NCBI GenBank assembly: GCA_964016885.1
Contig: OZ024742.1
Location: forward strand, 302,126,001 to 302,190,000
DNA length: 64,000 nt
Direction of reading: 5' to 3'
DNA from: Eledone cirrhosa
Lineage: Eukaryota
In this document: positions 13,101 through 25,100 of the stretch, one piece after another
How the letters are laid out: each line of letters begins with the position of its first letter
Numbering within the stretch: the first letter of the stretch is position 1
Made by a program: the position numbers and the translations under genes
Notes under the pieces: model-generated
Database searches by the model: none
Told to the model about the DNA's origin: nothing
The model's input: the letters and a program-made list of their open reading frames with translations, nothing else

Positions 13101-16100
13101 TCTGTCTGTGTGTGTATCTGTCTGTGTGTATCTGTCTGTGTGTATCTATCTCCGTGTGAATCTGTCTGTGTGTATCTGTCTGTGTGTGTATCTGTCTGTC
13201 TGTGTATCTGTCTGTGTGTGTATCTGTCTGTGTGTATCTGTCTGTGTGTGTGTATCTGTCTGTGTGTGTATCTGTTTGTGTGTGTATCTGTCTGTCTGTG
13301 TATCTGTCTGTGTGTGTATCTGTCTGTGTGTATCTGTCTGTGTGTATCTGTCTGTGTGTATCTATCTCTGTGTGTATCTGTCTGTGTGTGTATCTGTCTG
13401 TGTGTATCTGTCTGTGTGTATCTGTCTGTGTGTGTATCTGCCTGTGTGTGTATCTGTTTGTGTGTGTATCTGTTTGTGTGTGTACCTGTTTGTGTGTGTA
13501 TCTGTCTGTGTGTATCTGTCTGTGTGTATCTATCTCTGTGTGTATCTGTCTGTGTGTATCTGTCTGTGTGTGTATCTGTCTGTGTGTATCTGTCTGTGTG
13601 TATCTGTCTGTGTGTGTATCTGTTTGTGTGTGTATCTGTCTGTGTGTATCTGTGTGTGTGTATCTGTCTGTGTGTATCTGTCTGTGTGTATCTGTCTGTG
13701 TGTATCTGTCTGTGTATCTGTCTGTGTGTGTATCTGTCTGTGTGTGTATCTGTCTGTGTGTGTATCTGTCTGTGTGTATCTGTCTGTGTGTATCTGTCTG
13801 TGTGTGTATCTGTCTGTGTGTGTATCTGTCTGTGTGTGTATCTGTCTGTGTGTATCTGTCTGTGTGTATCTGTCTGTGTGTGTATCTATGTGTGTGTATC
13901 TGTCTGTGTGTGTATCTGTCTGTGTGTATCTGTCTGTGTGTATCTGTCTGTGTGTATCTGTCTGTGTGTATCTGTGTGTGTGTATCTGTCTGTGTGTATC
14001 TGTCTGTGTGTGTATCTGTCTGTGTGTGTATCTGTCTGTGTGTGTATCTGTCTGTGTGTGTATCTGTGTGTGTATCCGTGCGTGTATCTGTCTGTGTGTG
14101 TATCTGTCTGTATCGGTCTGTGTGTGTGTGTGTGTGCGTATCTGTCTGTGTGTATCTGTCTGTGTGTGTATCTGTCTGTGTGTGTATCTGTCTGTGTGTG
14201 TATCTCTGTGTGTATCTGTCTGTGTGTGTATCTGTCTGTGTGTGTATCTGTCTGTGTGTGTATCTGTCTGTGTGTATCTGTCTGTGTGTATCTGTCTGTG
14301 TGTATCTGTCTGTGTGTATCTGTCTGTGTGTGTATCTGTCTGTGTGTGTATCTGTCTGTGTGTGTATCTGTCTGTGTGTATCTGTCTGTGTGTGTATCTG
14401 TCTGTGTGTATCTGTCTGTGTGTATCTGTCTGTGTATCTGTGTGTGTGTATCTGTCTGTGTGTATCTGTCTGTGTGTATCTGTCTGTGTGTGTATCTGTC
14501 TGTGTGTGTATCTGTCTGTGTGTATCTATCTCTGTGTGTATCTGTCTGTGTGTATCTGTCTGTGTGTATCTGTCTGTGTGTGTATCTGTCTGTGTGTGTA
14601 TCTGTCTGTGTGTGTATCTGTCTGTGTGTATCTGTCTGTGTGTATCTGTCTGTGTGTATCTATCTCTGTGTGTATCTGTGTGTGTATCTGTCTGTGTGTG
14701 TATCTGTCTGTGTGTATCTGTCTGTGTGTGTATCTGTCTGTGTGTATCTATCTCTGTGTGTATCTGTCTGTGTGTATCTGTCTGTGTGTGTATCTGTCTG
14801 TGTGTATCTGTCTGTGTGTATCTATCTCTGTGTGTATCTGTCTGTGTGTATCTGTCTGTGTGTATCTGTCTGTGTGTATCTGTCTGTGTGTGTATCTGTC
14901 TGTGTGTGTATCTGTCTGTGTGTGTATCTGTCTGTGTGTGTATCTGTGTGTGTACCTGTCTGTGTGTGTATCTGTCTCTGTGCATCTGTCTGTGTGTGTA
15001 TCTGTCTGTGTGTGTATCTGTCTGTGTGTGTATCTGTGTGTGTGTGTATCTGTGTGTGTGTGTATATGTCTGTTTGTATCTGTCTGTGTGTGTATCTGTC
15101 TGTGTGTATCTGTCTGTGTGTATCTGTCTGTGTGTGTATCTGTCTGTGTGTGTATCTGTCTGTGTGTGTATCTGTCTGTGTGTATCTGTCTGTGTGTGTA
15201 TCTGTCTGTGTGTATCTGTCTGTGTGTGTATCTGTCTGTGTGTGTATCTGTCTGTGTGTGTACCTGTCTGTGTGTGTATCTGTCTGTGTGTATCTGTCTG
15301 TGTGTGTATCTGTCTGTGTGTGTATCTGTCTGTGTGTATCTGTCTGTGTGTGTATCTGTCTGTGTGTGTATCTGTCTGTGCCCTCGTGGCAAATAAATAG
15401 AAATTTATCTGTCTGTGTGTATCTGTCTGTGTGTGTATCTGTCTGTGTGTCTCTGTCTGTGTGTATCTGTCTGTTTGTATCTGTCTGTGTGTGTATCTGT
15501 CTGTGTGTGTATCTGTCTGTGTGTGTATCTGTCTGTGTGTATCTATCTCTGTGTGTATCTGCCTGTGTGTGTATCTGTCTGTGTGTGTGTACCTGATGTG
15601 TGTGTATCTGTCTGTGTGTATCTGTCTGTGTGTGTATCTGTCTGTGTGTGTATCTGTCTGTGTGTGTACCTGTGTGTGTACCTGTCTGTGTGTGTATCTG
15701 TCTGTGTGTGTATCTGTCTGTGTGTGTATCTGTCTGTGTGTGTATCTGTCTGTGTGTGTATCTGTCTGTGTGTGTATCTGTCTGTGTGTGTATCTGTCTG
15801 TGTGTATCTGTCTGTGTGTATCTGTCTGTGTGTGTATCTGTCTGTGTGTATCTGTCTGTGTGTGTATCTGTCTGTGTGTATCTATCTCTGTGTGTATCTA
15901 TCTCTGTGTGTATCTATCTCTGTGTGTATCTATCTCTGTGTGTATCTGTCTGTGTGTATCTGTCTGTGTGTATCTGTCTGTGTACCTGTCTGTGTGTATC
16001 TGTCTGTGTGTGTATCTGTCTGTGTGTGTATCTGTCTGTGTGTATCTGTCTGTGTGTATCTGTCTGTGTGTGTATCTGTCTGTGTGTGTATCTGTCTGTG

Positions 16101-19100
16101 TGTATCTGTCTGTGTGTGTATCTGTCTGTGTGTGTATCTGTCTGTGTGTGTATCTGTCTGTGTGTGTATCTGTCTGTGTGTGTATCTGTCTGTGTGTATC
16201 TGTCTGTGTGTATCTGTCTGTGTGTGTATCTGTCTGTGTGTGTATCTGTCTGTGTGTGTATCTGTCTGTGTGTATCTGTCTGTGTGTGTATCTGTCTGTG
16301 TGTATCTGTCTGTGTGTATCTGTCTGTGTGTGTATCTGTCTGTGTGTGTATCTGTCTGTGTGTGTATCTGTTTGTGTGTGTATCTGTCTGTGTGTGTATC
16401 TGTCTGTGTGTATCTGTCTGTGTGTATCTGTCTGTGTGTATCTGTCTGTGTGTGTATCTGTCTGTGTGTGTATCTATCTGTGTGTGTATCTGTCTGTGTG
16501 TGTATCTGTCTGTGTGTATCTGTCTGTGTGTATCTGTCTGTGTGTGTATCTGTCTGTGTGTATCTATCTCTGTGTGTATCTGTCTGTGTGTATCTATCTC
16601 TGTGTGTATCTGTCTGTGTGTATCTATCTCTGTGTGTATCTGTCTGTGTGTGTGTATCTGTCTGTGTGTGTATCTGTCTGTGTGTATCTATCTCTGTGTG
16701 TATCTGTCTGTGTGTATCTATGTCTGTGTGTATCTGTCTGTGTGTATCTGTCTGTGTGTATCTATCTCTGTGTGTATCTGTCTGTGTGTGTATCTGTCTG
16801 TGTGTGTATCTGTCTGTGTGTGTATCTGTCTGTGTGTGTATCTGTCTGTGTGTGTACCTGTCTGTGTGTGTATCTGTCTGTGTGTGTATCTGTCTGTGTG
16901 TGTATCTGTCTGTGTGTATCTGTCCGTGTGTGTATCTGTCTGTGTGTATCTGTCTGTGTGGATCTGTCTGTGTGTGGATCTGTCTGTGTGTGTATCTATC
17001 TCTGTGTGTATCTGTCTGTGTGTGTATCTGTCTGTGTGTGTATCTGTCTGTGTGTATCTATCTCTGTGTGTATCTGTCTGTGTGTGTATCTGTCTGTGTG
17101 TATCTGTCTGTGTGTATCTATCTCTGTGTGTATCTGTCTGTGTGTGTATCTGTCTGTGTGTATCTGTCTGTGTGTGTATCTGTCTGTGTGTGTATCTGTC
17201 TGTGTGTGTATCTGTCTGTGTGTATCTGTCTGTGTGTGTATCTGTCTGTGTGTATCTATCTCTGTGTGTATCTGTCTGTGTGTACCTGTCTGTGTGTACC
17301 TGTCTGTGTGTGTCTGTCTGTGTGTGTATCTGTCTGTGTGTGTATCTGTCTGTGTGTGTATCTGTCTGTGTGTATCTGTCTGTGTGTGTATCTGTCTGTG
17401 TGTGTATCTGTCTGTGTGTATCTGTCTGTGTGTATCTATCTCTGTGTGTATCTGTCTGTGTGTATCTGTCTGTGTGTATCTGTCTGTATGTATCTGTCTG
17501 TGTGTGTATCTGTCTGTGTGTGTATCTGTTTGTGTGTGTATCTGTCTGTGTGTGTATCTGTTTGTGTGTGTATCTGTTTGTGTGTGTATCTGTCTGTGTG
17601 TGTATCTGTCTGTGTGTATCTGTCTGTGTGTGTATCTGTCTGTGTGTATCTATCTCTGTGTGTATCTGTCTGTGTGTATCTGTCTGTGTGTGTATCTGTC
17701 TGTGTGTGTATCTGTCTGTGTGTATCTATCTCTGTGTGTATCTGTCTGTGTGTACCTGTCTGTGTGTATCTGTCTGTGTGTGTATCTGTCTGTGTGTGTA
17801 TCTGTCTGTGTGTATCTGTCTGTGTGTGTATCTGTCTGTGTGTATCTATCTCTGTGTGTATCTGTCTGTGTGTATCTGTCTGTGTGTGTATCTGTCTGTG
17901 TGTGTATCTGTCTGTGTGTATCTGTCTGTGTGTGTATCTGTCTGTGTGTGTATCTGTCTGTGTGTATCTGTCTGTGTGTGTATCTGTCTGTGTGTATCTG
18001 TCTGTGTGTGTATCTGTCTGTGTGTGTATCTGTCTGTGTGTATCTGTCTGTGTGTATCTGTCTGTGTGTATCTATCTCTGTGTGTATCTGTCTGTGTGTG
18101 TATCTGTCTGTGTGTGTATCTGTCTGTGTGTGTATCTGTCTGTGTGTGTATCTGTCTGTGTGTGTATCTGTCTGTGTGTATCTGTCTGTGTGTGTATCTG
18201 TCTGTGTGTATCTATCTCTGTGTGTATCTGTCTGTGTGTATCTGTCTGTGTGTGTATCTGTCTGTGTGTATCTATCTCTGTGTGTATCTGTCTGTGTGTG
18301 TATCTGTCTGTGTGTGTATCTGTCTGTGTGTGTATCTCTCTGTGTGTATCTGTCTGTGTGTGTATCTGTCTGTGTGTATCTGTCTGTGTGTGTATCTGTC
18401 TGTGTGTGTATCTGTCTGTGTGTGTATCTGTCTGTGTGTATCTGTCTGTGTGTGTATCTGTCTGTGTGTATCTGTCTGTGTGTGTATCTGTCTGTGTGTA
18501 TCTATCTCTGTGTGTATCTGTCTGTGTGTACCTGTCTGTGTGTACCTGTCTGTGTGTGTCTGTCTGTCTGTGTGTGTATCTGTCTGTGTGTGTATCTGTC
18601 TGTGTGTGTATCTGTCTGTGTGTGTATCTGTCTGTGTGTATCTGTCTGTGTGTGTATCTGTCTGTGTGTGTATCTGTCTGTGTGTATCTGTCTGTGTGTA
18701 TCTATCTCTGTGTGTATCTGTCTGTGTGTATCTGTCTGTATGTATCTGTCTGTGTGTGTATCTGTCTGTGTGTGTATCTGTTTGTGTGTGTATCTGTCTG
18801 TGTGTGTATCTGTTTGTGTGTGTATCTGTTTGTGTGTGTATCTGTCTGTGTGTGTATCTGTCTGTGTGTATCTGTCTGTGTGTATCTGTCTGTGTGTGTA
18901 TCTGTCTGTGTGTATCTATGTCTGTGTGTATCTGTCTGTGTATCTGTCTGTGTGTGTATCTGTCTGTGTGTGTATCTGTCTGTGTGTATCTGTCTTTGTG
19001 TGTATCTGTTTGTGTGTGTATCTGTTTGTGTGTGTATCTGTCTGTGTGTATCTGTGTGTGTGTATCTGTCTGTGTGTATCTGTCTGTGTATCTGTCTGTG

Positions 19101-22100
19101 TGTGTATCTGTCTGTGTGTGTATCTGTCTGTGTGTGTATCTGTCTGTGTGTATCTGTCTGTGTGTATCTGTCTGTGTGTGTATCTGTCTGTGTGTGTATC
19201 TGTCTGTGTGTATCTGTCTGTGTGTATCTGTATGTGTGTATCTGTCTGTGTGTGTATCTATGTGTGTGTATCTATGTGTGTGTATCTGTCTGTGTGTGTA
19301 TCTGTCTGTGTGTATCTGTCTGTGTGTATCTGTCTGTGTGTATCTGTCTGTGTGTATCTGTGTGTGTGTATCTGTGTGTGTGTGTATCTGTGTGTGTGTA
19401 TCTGTCTGTGTGTGTATCTGTCTGTGTGTGTATCTGTGTGTGTGTATCCGTGCGTGTATCTGTCTGTGTGTGTATCTGTCTGTATCGGTCTGTGTGTGTG
19501 TGTGTGTGTATCTGTCTGTGTGTATCTGTGTGTGCGTATCTGTCTGTGTGTATCTGTCTGTGTGTGTATCTGTCTGTGTGTGTATCTGTCTGTGTGTGTA
19601 TCTGTCTGTGTGTGTATCTGTCTGTGTATCTGTCTGTGTGTATCTGTCTGTGTGTGTATCTGTCTGTGTGTGTATCTGTCTGTGTGTGTATCTGTCTGTG
19701 TGTATCTGTCTGTGTGTATCTGTCTGTGTGTATCTGTCTGTGTGTATCTGTCTGTGTGTGTATCTGTCTGTGTGTGTATCTGTCTGTGTGTATCTGTCTG
19801 TGTGTGTATCTGTCTGTGTGTATCTGTCTGTGTGTATCTGTCTGTGTATCTGTGTGTGTGTATCTGTCTGTGTGTATCTGTCTGTGTGTATCTGTCTGTG
19901 TGTGTATCTGTCTGTGTGTGTATCTGTCTGTGTGTATCTATCTCTGTGTGTATCTGTCTGTGTGTATCTGTCTGTGTGTATCTGTCTGTGTGTGTATCTG
20001 TCTGTGTGTGTATCTGTCTGTGTGTATCTGTCTGTGTGTATCTGTCTGTGTGTATCTATCTCTGTGTGTATCTGTCTGTGTGTGTATCTGTCTGTGTGTG
20101 TATCTGTCTGTGTGTGTATCTGTCTGTGTGTGTATCTGTCTGTGTGTGTATCTGTCTGTGTGTGTATCTGTCTGTGTGTGTATCTGTCTGTGTGTGTATC
20201 TGTCTGTGTGTATCTGTCTGTGTGTGTATCTGTCTGTGTGTATCTGTCTGTGTGTATCTGTCTGTGTGTGTATCTGTCTGTGTGTATCTGTCTGTGTGTA
20301 TCTGTCTGTGTGTGTATCTGTCTGTGTGTATCTGTCTGTGTGTATCTGTCTGTGTGTATCTGTCTGTGTGTACCTGTCTGTGTGTATCTGTCTGTGTGTA
20401 TCTGTCTGTGTGTGTATCTGTCTGTGTGTGTATCTGTCTGTGTGTGTATCTGTCTGTGTGTGTATCTGTCTGTGTGTGTATCTGTCTGTGTGTGTATCTG
20501 TGTGTGTACCTGTCTGTGTGTGTATCTGTCTCTGTGCATCTGTCTGTGTGTGTATCTGTCTGTGTGTGTATCTCTGTGTGTGTACTTGTCTGTGTGTGTG
20601 TGTACCTGTCTGTGTGTGTATCTGTCTGTGTGTATCTGTGTGTGTATCTGTCTGTGTGTATCTGTCTGTGTGTGTATCTGTCTGTGTGTGTATCTGTCTG
20701 TGTGTATCTGTCTGTGTGTGTATCTGTCTGTGTGTGTATCTGTCTGTGTGTGTATCTGTCTGTGTGTATCTGTCTGTGTGTATCTGTCTGTGTGTGTATC
20801 TGTCTGTGTGTGTATCTGTCTGTGTGTGTATCTGTCTGTGTGTGTATCTGTCTGTGTGTGTATCTGTCTGTGTGTCTCTGTCTGTGTGTATCTGTCTGTG
20901 TGTATCTGTCTGTGTGTGTATCTGTCTGTGTGTGTATCTGTCTGTGTGTATCTATCTCTGTGTGTATCTGCCTGTGTGTGTATCTGTCTGTGTGTGTGTA
21001 CCTGATGTGTGTGTATCTGTCTGTGGGTATCTGTCTGTGTGTGTATCTGTCTGTGTGTGTATCTGTCTGTGTGTGTACCTGTGTGTGTACCTGTCTGTGT
21101 GTGTATCTGTCTGTGTGTGTATCTGTCTGTGTGTGTATCTGTCTGTGTGTGTATCTGTCTGTGTGTGTATCTGTCTGTGTGTGTATCTGTCTGTGTGTAT
21201 CTGTCTGTGTGTATCTGTCTGTGTGTGTATCTGTCTGTGTGTATCTGTCTGTGTGTGTATCTGTCTGTGTGTATCTATCTCTGTGTGTATCTATCTCTGT
21301 GTGTATCTGTCTGTGTGTATCTGTCTGTGTGTGTATCTGTCTGTGTGTATCTATCTCTGTGTGTATCTATCTCTGTGTGTATCTGTCTGTGTGTATCTGT
21401 CTGTGTGTGTATCTGTCTGTGTGTGTATCTGTCTGTGTGTGTATCTGTCTGTGTGTATCTGTCTGTGTGTGTATCTGTCTGTGTGTATCTGTCTGTGTGT
21501 GTATCTGTCTGTGTGTGTATCTGTCTGTGTGTGTATCTGTCTGTGTGTGTATCTGTCTGTGTGTGTATCTGTCTGTGTGTGTATCTGTCTGTGTGTGTAT
21601 CTGTCTGTGTGTATCTGTCTGTGTGTATCTGTCTGTGTGTGTATCTGTCTGTGTGTGTATCTGTCTGTGTGTGTATCTGTCTGTGTGTATCTGTCTGTGT
21701 GTGTATCTGTCTGTGTGTATCTGTCTGTGTGTATCTGTCTGTCTGTGTATCTGTTTGTGTGTGTATCTGTCTGTGTGTGTACCTGTCTGTGTGTGTATCT
21801 GTCTGTGTGTATCTGTCTGTGTGTATCTGTCTGTGTGTATCTGTCTGTGTGTGTATCTGTCTGTGTGTGTATCTGTCTGTGTGTATCTATCTCTGTGTGT
21901 ATCTGCCTGTGTGTGTATCTGTCTGTGTGTGTATCTGTGTGTGTATCTGTCTGTGTGTATCTGTCTGTGTGTATCTGTCTGTGTGTGTATCTGTCTGTGT
22001 GTGTATCTGTCTGTGTGTGTATCTGTCTGTGTGTGTATCTGTCTGTGTGTGTATCTGTCTGTGTGTATCTATCTCTGTGTGTATCTGTCTGTGTGTGTAT

Positions 22101-25100
22101 CTGTCTGTGTGTGTATCTGTCTGTGTGTATCTGTCTGTGTGTGTATCTGTCTGTGTGTATCTGTCTGTGTGTATCTGTCTGTTTGTATCTATCTCTGTGT
22201 GTATCTGTCTGTTTGTATCTATCTCTGTGTGTATCTGTCTGTGTGTATCTGTCTGTGTGTGTGTATGTGTGTGTGTGTATCTGTCTGTGTGTGTATCTGT
22301 CTGTGTGTATCTATCTCTGTGTGTATCTGTCTGTGTGTATCTATCTCTGTGTGTATCTGTCTGTGTGTGTATCTGTCTGTGTGTGTATCTGTCTGTGTGT
22401 GTATCTGTCTGTGTGTATCTGTCTCTGTATGTATCTGTCTGTGTGTATCTGTGTGTGTGTACCTGTCTGTGTGTATCTGTCTGTGTGTATCTGTCTGTGT
22501 GTGTATCTGTCTGTGTGTATCTGTCTGTGTGTATCTGTCTGTGTGTGTATCTGTCTGTGTGTATCTATCTGTCTGTGTGTATCTGTCTGTGTGTATCTGT
22601 CTGTGTGTATCTGTCTGTGTGTATCTGTCTGTGTGTGTATCTGTCTGTGTGTGTATCTGTCTGTGTGTATCTGTCTGTGTGTATCTGTCTGCGTGTGTAT
22701 CTGTCTGTGTGTGTACCTGTCTGTGTGTGTGTATCTGTCTGTGTGTATCTGTCTGTGTGTATCTGTCTGTGTGTGTATCTGTCTGTGTGTGTATCTGTCT
22801 GTGTGTGTATCTGTCTGTGTGTATCTGTCTGTGTGTGTATCTGTCTGTGTGTATCTATCTCTGTGTATCTGTCTGTGTGTATCTGTCTGTGTACTTGTCT
22901 GTGTGTATCTGTCTGTGTGTGTATCTGTCTGTGTGTATCTGTCTGTGTGTATCTGTCTGTGTGTGTATCTGTCTGTGTGTGTATCTGTCTGTGTGTATCT
23001 GTCTGTGTGTGTATCTGTCTGTGTGTATCTGTCTGTGTGTATCTGTCTGTGTGTGTATCTGTCTGTGTGTGTATCTGTCTGTGTGTATCTATCTGTGTGT
23101 GTATCTGTCTGTGTGTGTATCTGTCTGTTTGTATCTATCTCTGTGTGTATCTGTCTGTGTGTATCTGTCTGTGTGTATCTGTCTGTGTGTGTATCTGTTT
23201 GTGTGTGTATCTGTCTGTGTGTATCTGTGTGTGTGTATCTGTCTGTGTGTATCTGTCTGTGTGTATCTGTCTGTGTGTATCTGTCTGTGTGTATCTGTCT
23301 GTGTGTATCTGTCTTTGTATATCTGTCTGTGTGTGTATCTGTCTGTGTGTATCTGTCTGTGTGTATCTGTCTGTGTGTATCTGTCTGTGTGTATCTGTCT
23401 TTGTATATCTGTCTGTGTGTGTATCTGTCTGTGTGTATCTGTCTGTGTGTATCTGTCTGTGTGTGTATCTGTGTGTGTGTATCTCTGTGTGTGTATCTGT
23501 CTGTGTGTATCTGTCTGTGTGTATCTGTGTGTGTGTATCTGTGTGTGTATCTGTCTGTGTGTGTATCTGTCTGTGTGTGTATCTGTCTGTGTGTGTATCT
23601 GTCTGTGTGTATCTGTCTGTGTGTGTATCTGTCTGTGTGTATCTGTCTGTATGTATCTGTCTGTATGTATCTGTCTGTGTGTGTATCTGTCTGTGTGTGT
23701 ATCTGTCTGTGTGTGTATCTGTCTGTGTGTGTATCTGTGTGTGTATCTGTGTGTGTATCCGTGTGTGTATCTGTCTGTGTGTGTATCTGTCTGTGTCTGT
23801 ATCGGTCTGTGTGTGTATCTGTGTGTGTGTGTATCTGTGTGTGTGTGTATCTGTGTGTGTGTATCTGTGTGTGTGTAACTGTCTGTCTGTGTGTGTATAT
23901 GTCTGTGTGTAACTGTCTGTATGTGTATCTGTGTGTGTGTGTACCTGTCTGTGTGTGTGTATCTGTCTGTGTGTGTACCTGTCTGTGTGTGTACCTGTCT
24001 GTGTGTGTACCTGTCTGTGTGTGTACCTGTCTGTGTGTGTATCTGTCTGTGTGTGTACCTGTCTGTGTGTGTACCTGTCTGTGTGTGTACCTGTCTGTGT
24101 GTGTACCTGTCTGTGTGTGTATCTGTCTGTGTGTGTATCTGTCTGTGTGTGTACCTGTGTGTGTGTATCTGTCTGTGTGTGTATCTGTCTGTGTGTATCT
24201 GTCTGTTTGTATCTTTCTCTGTGTATCTGTCTGTGTGTATCTGTCTGTGTGTGTGTATCTGTGTGTGTGTGTATCTGTCTGTGTGTGTATCTGTCTGTGT
24301 GTATCTATCTCTGTGTGTATCTGTCTGTGTGTATCTATCTCTGTGTGTATCTGTCTGTGTGTGTATCTGTCTGTGTGTGTATCTGTCTGTGTGTGTATCT
24401 GTCTGTGTGTGTATCTGTCTGTGTGTATCTATCTCTGTATGTATCTGTCTGTGTGTATCTGTGTGTGTGTACCTGTCTGTGTGTATCTGTCTGTGTGTAT
24501 CTGTCTGTGTGTGTATCTGTCTGTGTGTATCTGTCTGTGTGTATCTGTCTGTGTGTGTATCTGTCTGTGTGTATCTATCTCTGTGTGTATCTGTCTGTGT
24601 GTATCTGTCTGTGTGTATCTGTCTGTGCGTATCTGTCTGTGTGTGTATCTGTCTGTGTGTGTATCTGTCTGTGTGTATCTGTCTGTGTGTATCTGTCTGC
24701 GTGTGTATCTGTCTGTGTGTGTACCTGTCTGTGTGTGTGTATCTGTCTGTGTGTATCTGTCTGTGTGTATCTGTCTGTGTGTGTATCTGTCTGTGTGTGT
24801 ATCTGTCTGTGTGTGTATCTGTCTGTGTGTATCTGTCTGTGTGTGTATCTGTCTGTGTGTGTATCTGTCTGTGTGTATCTATCTCTGTGTATCTGTCTGT
24901 GTGTATCTGTCTGTGTACTTGTCTGTGTGTATCTGTCTGTGTGTGTATCTGTCTGTGTGTATCTGTCTGTGTGTATCTGTCTGTGTGTGTATCTGTCTGT
25001 GTGTGTATCTGTCTGTGTGTATCTGTCTGTGTGTGTATCTGTCTGTGTGTATCTGTCTGTGTGTATCTGTCTGTGTGTGTATCTGTCTGTGTGTGTATCT

